Virus record (IMG/VR): IMGVR_UViG_3300045988_144755
Length of the DNA stretch: 64,000 nt
Reading direction: 5' to 3' (one strand)
Origin: a virus
In this document: piece after piece, positions 7,927 to 15,551 of the stretch
Layout: each line of letters starts with the position of its first letter
How positions within the stretch are numbered: the first letter of the stretch is position 1
The notes under the pieces: model-generated
Told to the model about the DNA's origin: nothing
The model's input: only the letters and a program-made list of their open reading frames with translations
The model's database searches: none
Translations under genes and position numbers: made by a program

Positions 7927-9270
7927 ATGGCTCGTAAAACGCCGCAGGCCATTCAGCAGTACCGTGGTACCACCGAACAGCACGCCACCTACACTGGCCC
8001 CATTGGTGAACTCACCGTCGATACCGACAAGAAGGTTGTCGTTGTTCAGGATGGCACTACCGCTGGCGGTATCCCGATGGCCCGCGAAGACCGCAAGGTT
8101 GCTGGCGATGCGTACATCAAGGTGAACAACGCTGCCGAGGGCACCCTTGCTGCCGACCTGACCCTTACCGTGGATATGACGCAGGTCGCCGCTGACCTCG
8201 TTTCCACCGATGAAAACAACGGCCTGTCCGTAGGCACCGACAACAAGCTGTTCGCCAAGGCTCCTGATGCCGATCTCATCCTTCGCCCCAACGACAAAAT
8301 CCTCCATGACGTGGACGGCAAGGTTGCCGCTGACATCTCCGTCAGCTACGACCAGCCCTCTGGCGTTCTGAACATCATCGGTCATGACGGTTCCACCGTT
8401 GTCGCTACCGCCACTATCCCCTCCAGTACGTCCGCCCTGAAGGGCGTCGAGCTCGTGGAAGGCAAGCCTTCCGCTGACGGCGAGGAAGTCGAAGGCGACT
8501 ACCATGTGAGCCTGCGCGTGGCTTATAAGCAGGGTGGTGCCCAGAAGTATTCCGATGCCGCTGGCGTGACCTTCACCGCCACCAAGGGCACCGAGAGCGC
8601 GGGCGTCGCCATGCCTGAGTTCACCGTGCCTGAAGACGCTACGGATCAGAAGTACGAAGCCGTGTTCATGGGTCAGGAAGCGGAACAGGCCGTGGCTGCC
8701 ACTGCCGCCTTCGCGTTCACCGATGGCTCCACCATGCGCCTTGCGGAAGGTATGCTGTACTTCACCCCGCAGATCGGCATCGAAGCTGGCACCTACCTGC
8801 ACTTCATCTTCGTGCTGTCTGACGGCACCCTCGCCGACCTGTACATTGACGTTACCGACCTCGTGGACGTGTACACCGCCGGACAGGGCATCTCCATTTC
8901 CGGCAAGGTGATCTCCGTCAAGCTCGGCGCTGATGGCGGCGTGAAGTTCGACGAATCCGGCAACATCGTGGTGGACTTCACCAAGATTGTTTCCACCGAT
9001 GAAGACAATGCGCTGAAGGAAGGCGCTGACGGCAAGCTCTCTGTGACGGTCGTGTCCGCTGATGAAGGGAACCTCATCAAGACGGGCTCGGACAAGGGCG
9101 CTCTGCTGACCAAGGACGACATCACCGACGCGGTGGAAGAAATCGTGTCCGGTGTCGTCACCGCCGGAACCATGTGCTCCGAGCTTCGTGCCGAAACCGC
9201 TGACAACCAGATTGTCTGCAATGCTGGCAAGATGTACGTCACTTCCGATTACGGCACGATGGGCGAGTAA
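7927..9270 (+). CDS. Tail fibre protein (447 aa) with conserved N-terminal virion-anchor motif
   Basis: N-terminus QQYRGTTEQHATYTGPIGELTVDTDKKVVVVQDGTTAGG is the tail-fibre/HylP-type N-terminal motif; also PF03406-like repeats; AGGAG RBS. Confidence 0.75.
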   Translation: MARKTPQAIQQYRGTTEQHATYTGPIGELTVDTDKKVVVVQDGTTAGGIPMAREDRKVAGDAYIKVNNAAEGTLAADLTLTVDMTQVAADLVSTDENNGLSVGTDNKLFAKAPDADLILRPNDKILHDVDGKVAADISVSYDQPSGVLNIIGHDGSTVVATATIPSSTSALKGVELVEGKPSADGEEVEGDYHVSLRVAYKQGGAQKYSDAAGVTFTATKGTESAGVAMPEFTVPEDATDQKYEAVFMGQEAEQAVAATAAFAFTDGSTMRLAEGMLYFTPQIGIEAGTYLHFIFVLSDGTLADLYIDVTDLVDVYTAGQGISISGKVISVKLGADGGVKFDESGNIVVDFTKIVSTDEDNALKEGADGKLSVTVVSADEGNLIKTGSDKGALLTKDDITDAVEEIVSGVVTAGTMCSELRAETADNQIVCNAGKMYVTSDYGTMGE

Positions 9271-9311
9271 TATCGCAATCTTATAACCCTTTAAAATAGG
9301 GGGATAATATT

Positions 9312-10166
9312 ATGGCTATGGATGGCCTGACTCCTGTGGTTGACATTGGTGGTAATGGCAATGGCGGTTGGGGTGATTGGGGCGGTGCCCTGATCGGCGG
9401 AGCTATTGGTGGTGCCGTTGGTTCCGCATGGGGCGACCGTCGCGGGAACAACTGCTGCAATAACGGCGGCGGTTGCTGCAACAATGGCGGGAATACCGCT
9501 GCCTTTGGTGAGACGTTCATCATGGACAGCCTGAGCGGTGCCCGGAGCGACATCAACTCCATCGGGCGTGACAACCTGATGCAGACCGCGGGCGTCCAGA
9601 ATGCACTGTGTCAGGGCTTCGGTGGCGTCAACGCCACTGTGGAACGTACCGCCCTTGGGCAGCAGATTACCTCGGCGCAGGGATTCAGCGGGCTCAACAC
9701 TGCGATTCTCACCAGTTCCATGCAGGGCCAGCTCGCCGCCAAGGACGCGCAGCTTTCTGCTCTTGCCGCTACCAATGCGGCTGAGATGCAGGGCCTGCGC
9801 AATACTTTCGAGCTGAAGTCCAGCATCGACAATTGCTGCTGCACCACGCAGCGTTCCATCGACAATCAGGGTTGCCAGACTCGTGAAACCATCCTTGCCG
9901 AAGGGTGCGCCACCCGTGGCGCTATCCATCAGGAAGGGGAAGCTACCCGCGCTCTGATTGCCCAGATTGACCGCGAACGCCTGCTGCGTGAAATGAACGC
10001 CAAGGATGCGGAAATCGCGTCCCTCAAGGCGCAGAACTTCAACACTGCGCTGGCGAACAACAACGCGGCCCAGACTCGTGCGGACATGCAGTCCATGTTG
10101 AACACCATCTTGAACCACATGACCTACAAGACTTCTACCACCTCTGGTGGCGGAACCACTGCCTGA
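9312..10166 (+). CDS. Gly/Cys-rich hypothetical protein with coiled coil (284 aa)
   Basis: RBS AGGGGGA. Peptide NNCCNNGGGCCNNGGN, then Gln/Ala-rich coiled-coil segment and a second Cys cluster (NCCCTTQ...GCQTRE...GCATRG). Confidence 0.5.
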   Translation: MAMDGLTPVVDIGGNGNGGWGDWGGALIGGAIGGAVGSAWGDRRGNNCCNNGGGCCNNGGNTAAFGETFIMDSLSGARSDINSIGRDNLMQTAGVQNALCQGFGGVNATVERTALGQQITSAQGFSGLNTAILTSSMQGQLAAKDAQLSALAATNAAEMQGLRNTFELKSSIDNCCCTTQRSIDNQGCQTRETILAEGCATRGAIHQEGEATRALIAQIDRERLLREMNAKDAEIASLKAQNFNTALANNNAAQTRADMQSMLNTILNHMTYKTSTTSGGGTTA

Positions 10167-10237
10167 GTCTCCCGGCGGTAGTATGACAAAGCCCCTCTGG
10201 GTCACACCAGAGGGGCGACAATGTAAGGAGAGTCATT

Positions 10238-10933
10238 ATGGCTGGTTTGAGATTCTTTTTGGGCGGCAAGCCATCTGGCGGCGAGATGGAGAACAGGCAG
10301 CACGACCGTTGGTCTGAGCCGAGGAATCATTATGACGATGGTCGGGATATGCGACAGCATTATGGGCGGCCTTCTTCTCCGATGGAGAACCGCTTCGATC
10401 AACCGGATTATCGGCCCATGCGTGGGTTGTATAATCTTGAGCCGCAGCGTTCTGATCAGCCGGAACCCCACATGCGCGGGCTGTATAATTACAAGCATCC
10501 TGATGGGATGAACCATTACGACCCGCAGCGGCATGGCGGCGCACAGGGCAATTTTGTCCCGCTTCCCGAAGATGATGTGCGGTTCCATGAGGAATGGAAC
10601 AACGAAGGCGGCAACCGTATCGGGTATATCTCCGATGTGCGGAACCACGATGGCAGCCATTCCGATGGGGGCCATTTTGAGCGGGGCGTTGCTTCTGTGA
10701 TGGAGTCGCTTCCTGCGGTGGGCGGCTACGCCAAGATTGTTGAGTCCGTACTGAAAGTTCTCCAGAATCCCCCGGCGACGTGGGCGGCGTACTTGAAAAA
10801 TAAGGACTATGCTGGTATCGCAAAGATGGAAGCGAAAGAGCTTATGTCTGCGATTGAGAAGCATAAAGCCCCCGCTGACATTCATAAGGAGATTACCCAT
10901 ACCATTGCGGCGTTAATGCGCATGGGCATGTAA
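10238..10933 (+). CDS. His/Asp/Arg-rich hypothetical protein with internal MRGLYN repeat (231 aa)
   Basis: Strong AAGGAGAG RBS. Two copies of PMRGLYNLEPQR / HMRGLYNYKHPD; low complexity. Confidence 0.5.
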   Translation: MAGLRFFLGGKPSGGEMENRQHDRWSEPRNHYDDGRDMRQHYGRPSSPMENRFDQPDYRPMRGLYNLEPQRSDQPEPHMRGLYNYKHPDGMNHYDPQRHGGAQGNFVPLPEDDVRFHEEWNNEGGNRIGYISDVRNHDGSHSDGGHFERGVASVMESLPAVGGYAKIVESVLKVLQNPPATWAAYLKNKDYAGIAKMEAKELMSAIEKHKAPADIHKEITHTIAALMRMGM

Positions 10934-10954
10934 GGAACTTGCAAAGGAGCGAAC

Positions 10955-11515
10955 ATGGCGGCAGGCACTTCAATTTTTCTCCCGGTCATGGAATACAATG
11001 GGGATACTTGGCATCTCCAGTATGACCCTGAAAATCCGATGTCGGTACGTCCCGACTTGGTTGGCGGCAAAATCACCAATATGTCGTGTGCCCCGGTGAA
11101 GCTGCCCCGTCAGCATCCTGATAAGCAGTTCTATATGGTGGTCGTCAGCATCCTGATGCCCGCCAGCATGGAGCCTTCTGGACGGGCTATCCCTGAAAAG
11201 CGTCTGCTCGGTTTCCGGGTGTATGACTATCTTCCGGCAAATCCGTCCACCCTTGACGCTTTGAACCTCAATGAGATGGTTTTCTATATTGCAGAACCCC
11301 GCCCCGGCAGTGACGCGCAGACGCTTCTGGAAACAGTCCTTGGGCTTAAGGTGCAGGAACAGCCTGCGGCTGAAGCGGTGAATACGGACTGGACAAAGAT
11401 GCTCATGCAGCAGGATGCCCCGGAGCCGCAGCCGGAACCAGTGGCCCCGCAGCAGCGTGCCTATACTGCGCCTCAGCAACATACCATGCAGTTGTCTGAC
11501 GGAACGGTGAGGTAA
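10955..11515 (+). CDS. Hypothetical protein (186 aa)
   Basis: AAGGAG RBS; sits between fibre genes. Confidence 0.5.
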   Translation: MAAGTSIFLPVMEYNGDTWHLQYDPENPMSVRPDLVGGKITNMSCAPVKLPRQHPDKQFYMVVVSILMPASMEPSGRAIPEKRLLGFRVYDYLPANPSTLDALNLNEMVFYIAEPRPGSDAQTLLETVLGLKVQEQPAAEAVNTDWTKMLMQQDAPEPQPEPVAPQQRAYTAPQQHTMQLSDGTVR

Positions 11516-11520
11516 ACCTT

Positions 11521-11778
11521 ATGTCGCATGATCCTATTTATGATAAGGTACTTGAGCGCGTTGTTACCAATGCGGAACATCTGATTTCCGTTCATGACAA
11601 TGCGCAAGGGCTGCTGAATGTGGCGATGCGTGGGGCTATGCCGTGGGCTACCCCTTTGGTTATGAAGGGTGTTCTGCCTTCTGTGGATAAGTTGGAAGTG
11701 CTGTGTACACAGCTTCTGGCGATTGTTATGAGAAGTGACCCTTCGGTTATGCAGGCCGAGGAAAAGAATACTAAGTAG
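11521..11778 (+). CDS. Hypothetical protein (85 aa)
   Basis: GAGGT RBS; plausible coding composition. Confidence 0.45.
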   Translation: MSHDPIYDKVLERVVTNAEHLISVHDNAQGLLNVAMRGAMPWATPLVMKGVLPSVDKLEVLCTQLLAIVMRSDPSVMQAEEKNTK

Positions 11779-11787
11779 GGGGAATTT

Positions 11788-12777
11788 ATGCCTCGCAAAA
11801 TTCCTAAGCCAGTACAGCAGTTTCGCGGGACGACTGCGCAGCACGCTACCTATACTGGCCCAGAGGGTGAAATCACCGTTGATACCACAAAGCACACGGC
11901 AGTTGTGCATGATGGGCAGACGGCTGGCGGCTTCCCTTTGATGCGGGAGCATGACATTGTCGATGATGTGCAGATTACGGCATCTGTCGGCACTGCTGAG
12001 GCTATTTGGAATGTGTCTGTCGCTGTCGCTGATGGTGACGGTAGTTGGACTGCTCCTTTGGCCTTGAGCATCCAAGGCAAAGTTAATACGCCCATTGCAA
12101 GGGTCGTGAACGCGCAGCCCGGTGCTGACCATCTTGGAGGCGTGCGGGTTGTCTACAAGGGGGAAACGCAGCAGGCACAGACTGGTTTCTCTCAGACTGG
12201 CGGGACGGCAAATTTCTCGTTCACTGACGGGACTACTTGTGCGGTGGTTGCTGCGGCTGAATCTGATGGGAAACAGGCTATCACGTTTACGTTCACGTTT
12301 GCCGCTACTGCCAGTGGGCCGTTCCTGTGTGTTTCTGGCGTGCGCAAGAATGTGGCCTATGAAGTTGCCGATCCGCTCCTGTCTCAAGACCCGATGAACG
12401 CCCTTACCGCTGGCACTGACGGTAAGATTATGCTCGACGGTTCTGGTCTGGACAAGAGCTATCTTCCGCTGTATTTTCCCTTTGAAAGTGATGAAATAGT
12501 GCCGGAAATCCATACGTTCTTCCCTGACCATTGCAGGGTCATTCTGGTGGATGGCCTTCAGTCTGATGGAACGAGCGTGGATGCTCTGGGCATCACGGTT
12601 CAGCTCGATGGGGACAGTGAGGGCACCTCGGCTGTGACGCTCAAGAATGGGCAGATTGACAGCGATGGCGCTTTTGCGGGAAAGGCTGTAGTCATTCGGT
12701 GTTCTGGGCGTACTACGGAGACGTGGGTTTCTGCGTTGCTTCGTCTGACCCCCACAATGCTGGCGTCCGATTTATAG
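11788..12777 (+). CDS. Second tail fibre paralog (329 aa) sharing the N-terminal anchor with 7927–9270
   Basis: N-terminus PVQQFRGTTAQHATYTGPEGEITVDTTKHTAVVHDGQTAGG is ~65% nt-identical to the start of 7927..9270; the C-terminus is unrelated. Confidence 0.7.
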   Translation: MPRKIPKPVQQFRGTTAQHATYTGPEGEITVDTTKHTAVVHDGQTAGGFPLMREHDIVDDVQITASVGTAEAIWNVSVAVADGDGSWTAPLALSIQGKVNTPIARVVNAQPGADHLGGVRVVYKGETQQAQTGFSQTGGTANFSFTDGTTCAVVAAAESDGKQAITFTFTFAATASGPFLCVSGVRKNVAYEVADPLLSQDPMNALTAGTDGKIMLDGSGLDKSYLPLYFPFESDEIVPEIHTFFPDHCRVILVDGLQSDGTSVDALGITVQLDGDSEGTSAVTLKNGQIDSDGAFAGKAVVIRCSGRTTETWVSALLRLTPTMLASDL

Positions 12778-12859
12778 CATTCACGCACGATAAGTTTGTA
12801 AGTTCCCGATTTTTTTACCCAGAAAAGTCGGGAACTTTTTATTTATATTTGGAGGGTTT

Positions 12860-14443
12860 ATGGACAGTTTGCTTTGTGGTTATCTGCGGTTTGGTAAGCC
12901 TTTGGAAAAGCAAAGTTTGCTTTTTGTAGTAGATACTGAAGCTACTACATCAGGAGGAGTACAAACGGCAAACCCAGTTCATGCTTTTCCTAGGCTATCT
13001 AGCGGTAATTTATCTACCGCTACTTTAACTATAGATTGGGGTGATGGTACTTCGACAACTATTCCAAAGAATACACCATACGATAATAATTACTTTACTG
13101 ATTATTCCACGCATACATATGAAGCTCCCGGAAAATATATTGTAACTGTAGAGGCGTATGATTTTTCTTCTTGTTCCTTTGGCGTAAATTCTAATACGTC
13201 TGCCGCATTTTCAAAATTAAAACTGTGGCGGGATACAGTAATTAGCATAGGCCCAGAAGATGCAGAAGAATATTCTTTGCCTTGTATGAAGAGCGATTTT
13301 TCATATGCTTTTGCTAGTTGTATGAAATTGACCAAAGTACCATTCGGATTATTTAAGAATAATCCGATGATTACTGATTTTTATAGTGTATTTTATTTTT
13401 GTACAGCATTAACTGAAATTCCAGAAGATTTATTCGCGTATACTGATAAAGTTACTAATTTATCTTTTGCTTTTTGTAATTGTATAAAATTGACAGGGCC
13501 TATCCCGGAAGGGTTGTTCGCTAATAATCCCGCTGTAACGTCATTTGACAATATATTCCAGCAATGTACAGAGTTAACAGGGCCTATCCCGGAAGGGTTG
13601 TTCGCTAATAATCCTGCTGTAACGTCATTTGACAATATATTCCAGCAATGCACAAAGCTATCAGGGTCTATCCCGGAAGGGTTGTTCGCTAATAATCCTG
13701 CTGTAACGTCATTTAACTACACATTCTACGAGTGTTTAGGATTAACTGGTACTATTCCTGAAGGGCTGTTCGCTAGTAACCCTGATGTAACGTCATTTGA
13801 TAATACATTTGTGCGCTGCGCAGGGTTGTCAGGGTCTATTCCTGAAGGGCTGTTCGCCAATAATCTTGCTGTAACGTCATTTGATAGTACATTCATGCAA
13901 TGTGCAGGGTTAACAGGGTCTATCCCAGAAAATTTGTTCGCCAATAACACTGCTGTGACTTCATTTGATTCTGTATTTTATGCTTGCTACTCGTTAGCAG
14001 GAGATATTCCTGAGAATTTATTTATTCATAATAATGAAGTAACTTCATTTGCTGGTGCATTTTTTGCTTGTAGAGAATTAACAGGGGCTATTCCTAGCGG
14101 TTTATTCTCTAGCAAGACTAAACTAACTTCTGTTGAACGTGTGTTTGAAGGATGCACAGGATTAACGGGGGCTATTCCTGAAGAACTTTTTGCTAGTAGT
14201 CCTTTAATCACTTCATTCAGTTATGTGTTTTCTGAATGTACAGGGTTAACGGCGGTACCTAAAGCACTTTTTGAAGAAAATATAAATGCTGTAACTTTTA
14301 TTGAGACATTTTATGGTTGTTCTGGTATAACAAGTGAAGTTCCTGAGCTGTGGATTTCACACCCGGATGCGACAGGCACATACTGCTATTTGCGCTGCAC
14401 CAATGCCGCCAACTACGCTGATATTCCCGCTGATTGGAGATAA
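12860..14443 (+). CDS. PKD-domain + BspA-type leucine-rich-repeat protein (527 aa), low-GC
   Basis: PKD signature IDWGDGTST...HTYEAPGKYIVTV. ~13 tandem 23-aa repeats (LTGxIPEGLFANNPAVTSFDNxFxxC), BspA/TpLRR-like. GC ~38% in a 60% GC genome. GGAGGG RBS. Confidence 0.75.
   Translation: MDSLLCGYLRFGKPLEKQSLLFVVDTEATTSGGVQTANPVHAFPRLSSGNLSTATLTIDWGDGTSTTIPKNTPYDNNYFTDYSTHTYEAPGKYIVTVEAYDFSSCSFGVNSNTSAAFSKLKLWRDTVISIGPEDAEEYSLPCMKSDFSYAFASCMKLTKVPFGLFKNNPMITDFYSVFYFCTALTEIPEDLFAYTDKVTNLSFAFCNCIKLTGPIPEGLFANNPAVTSFDNIFQQCTELTGPIPEGLFANNPAVTSFDNIFQQCTKLSGSIPEGLFANNPAVTSFNYTFYECLGLTGTIPEGLFASNPDVTSFDNTFVRCAGLSGSIPEGLFANNLAVTSFDSTFMQCAGLTGSIPENLFANNTAVTSFDSVFYACYSLAGDIPENLFIHNNEVTSFAGAFFACRELTGAIPSGLFSSKTKLTSVERVFEGCTGLTGAIPEELFASSPLITSFSYVFSECTGLTAVPKALFEENINAVTFIETFYGCSGITSEVPELWISHPDATGTYCYLRCTNAANYADIPADWR
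13494..13700 (+). repeat. Three near-identical 69-bp tandem repeats inside the LRR gene
   Basis: gggcctatcccggaagggttgttcgctaataatcc.gctgtaacgtcatttgacaatatattccagcaatg repeated ×3 at ~97% identity; flanked by more diverged copies. Confidence 0.8.
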
Positions 14444-14472
14444 GGTATACCCATAACCAAGGAGCGATTGCT

Positions 14473-14643
14473 ATGGATTCATCCCCGATTGAGCCCCCTG
14501 TTCAGTGCCAGCCTGTAGTTGTTCAGTGTACGTGCTGCCAGTCGGTGCGGCAGAATGAAGAGCTTGACCCAATCGGGGGTGTTTTCCTTGTTCTGTTTAT
14601 AGTGTTTGCCGCTTCTCTGGGCGTATGGTTACATAGGAGTTGA
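14473..14643 (+). CDS. Small Cys-rich membrane protein (56 aa)
   Basis: AAGGAG RBS before internal Met of ORF 14434..14643; C-terminal TM helix. Confidence 0.35.
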   Translation: MDSSPIEPPVQCQPVVVQCTCCQSVRQNEELDPIGGVFLVLFIVFAASLGVWLHRS

Positions 14644-14656
14644 GGCTGCGAAATAA

Positions 14657-14697
14657 AAGCTCCCTACCCGATGAAGGTAGGGAGCTTTTTTACGGGC
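14657..14697 (+). terminator. Rho-independent terminator ending the rightward fibre/LRR operon
   Basis: gctccctacc-cgatgaa-ggtagggagc followed by tttttt. The ORF-track start 14671 sits in the loop, so it is not a real start. Confidence 0.7.
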
Positions 14698-14712
14698 CTC
14701 GCCTTTTTCATA

Positions 14713-14761
14713 GGCGGCACCTCCACGGTATCGTTCAGTGTGAGTGCCTCGACATATGCGC
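14713..14761. repeat. Left 49-bp inverted repeat (putative inversion crossover site) at the start of the promoterless fibre cassette
   Basis: ggcggcacctccacggtatcgttcagtgtgagtgcctcgacatatgcgc. Its reverse complement matches 16079–16127 with 1 mismatch. Encodes the shared peptide GGTSTVSFSVSASTYAL. Confidence 0.8.
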
Positions 14762-15228
14762 TCACGTTAACATCCCCGACCAATGTAAAGACTAGGGTTC
14801 CTGAGCCTGTTACTTTTAATGTAACAAAAAATAATAAACCTTATACTGGCCCGGTGCAGCTTACTTCTAATATCTCACAAGTACCTGCACAAACTATTAA
14901 TGCACAAAATGGTGTTGGGTCTACGACTATTACTTTTACAGTACATGGAGATTATATTATTTATTTGTCTGTTGGCGATTTGACTACACAATATAATTAT
15001 TCGACTACAGCTTTAACTTACGAATATGTTAATCTTGGTGACGATATAACTGGATGGACTTGCCCGCCATCTGCTCCTTTGTATCTTTATTGGCATGGCG
15101 TGCGTGTTTACCAAGCTAATGGCCCGGATACTACATCAACACGTATTCAAGCAAGTAATGGTAAAGTATATTACAAAGGAGTACACCAATCAATGTATAG
15201 TTACTCTATTGCAGAATATGACCATTAA
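14762..15228 (+). other. Promoterless, start-less alternative C-terminal cassette for the Ig-like adhesin, inverted relative to the gene it would fuse to
   Basis: Frame is open from the inverted repeat. Encodes an Ig-like segment (TFNVTKNNKPYTGPVQ...TITFTV) plus a distinct ~90-aa C-terminal domain. Begins directly after a terminator, so it is silent in this orientation. GC ~38%. Confidence 0.55.
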
Positions 15229-15511
15229 TGGCGCGTCCACCACGATTGCAGGGGAGGCGAAGCCCGGCCCAACCTATCTGTATGATAATGAGCATGTTTG
15301 GACTGTTTCCAGAACTAACCTTCCCGGAGGGATGGAGTTCAATTCGGTCTTTTGTATTTGGGGTGGTCAGTCTATTGCAAATACTATGGACTTGGATGCT
15401 ACTTCGGTGGTTGGTTCTGATGGATATACATACCTTCGCGGGGAATATCAGGAACAAGAAGTGAGTGGGTCTACCACAAACAGCCATTACTCCATAGCCA
15501 GACAAGAATAA
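15218..15511 (+). CDS. Cassette-internal small ORF (97 aa), homologous to the extreme C-terminus of the 15552–18956 protein
   Basis: MTINGASTTIAGEAKPGPTYLYDN...YTYLRGE...HYSIARQE versus ASTTIAGEAKPEPVYKYDD...HTYLRGE...KYAIARQV; ATG overlaps the upstream TAA. Confidence 0.45.
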   Translation: MTINGASTTIAGEAKPGPTYLYDNEHVWTVSRTNLPGGMEFNSVFCIWGGQSIANTMDLDATSVVGSDGYTYLRGEYQEQEVSGSTTNSHYSIARQE

Positions 15512-15518
15512 AACAGTT

Positions 15519-15545
15519 CCGCCCGCTACATTTAGTAGCGGGCGG
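15519..15545. terminator. Hairpin between convergent cassette and adhesin gene (possible bidirectional terminator)
   Basis: ccgcccgctac-attt-agtagcgggcgg; modest T-runs on both sides. Confidence 0.4.
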
Positions 15546-15551
15546 ATTCAT

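Noticed and set aside
6508-8802. 764-aa minus-strand ORF antisense to the tail-fibre genes
   Set aside because: R/G/A/H-rich junk composition typical of antisense frames in 60% GC DNA. The plus-strand genes have RBSs, recognisable fibre motifs and repeats.
11473-12531. 352-aa minus-strand ORF
   Set aside because: Antisense to the second fibre paralog, whose N-terminal anchor motif is unambiguous.
14671-14760. ATG at 14671 as start of a 185-aa ORF
   Set aside because: The ATG lies in the loop of the 14657–14697 terminator hairpin. The N-terminal peptide is an artefact of terminator plus inverted repeat, so the cassette is treated as promoterless.
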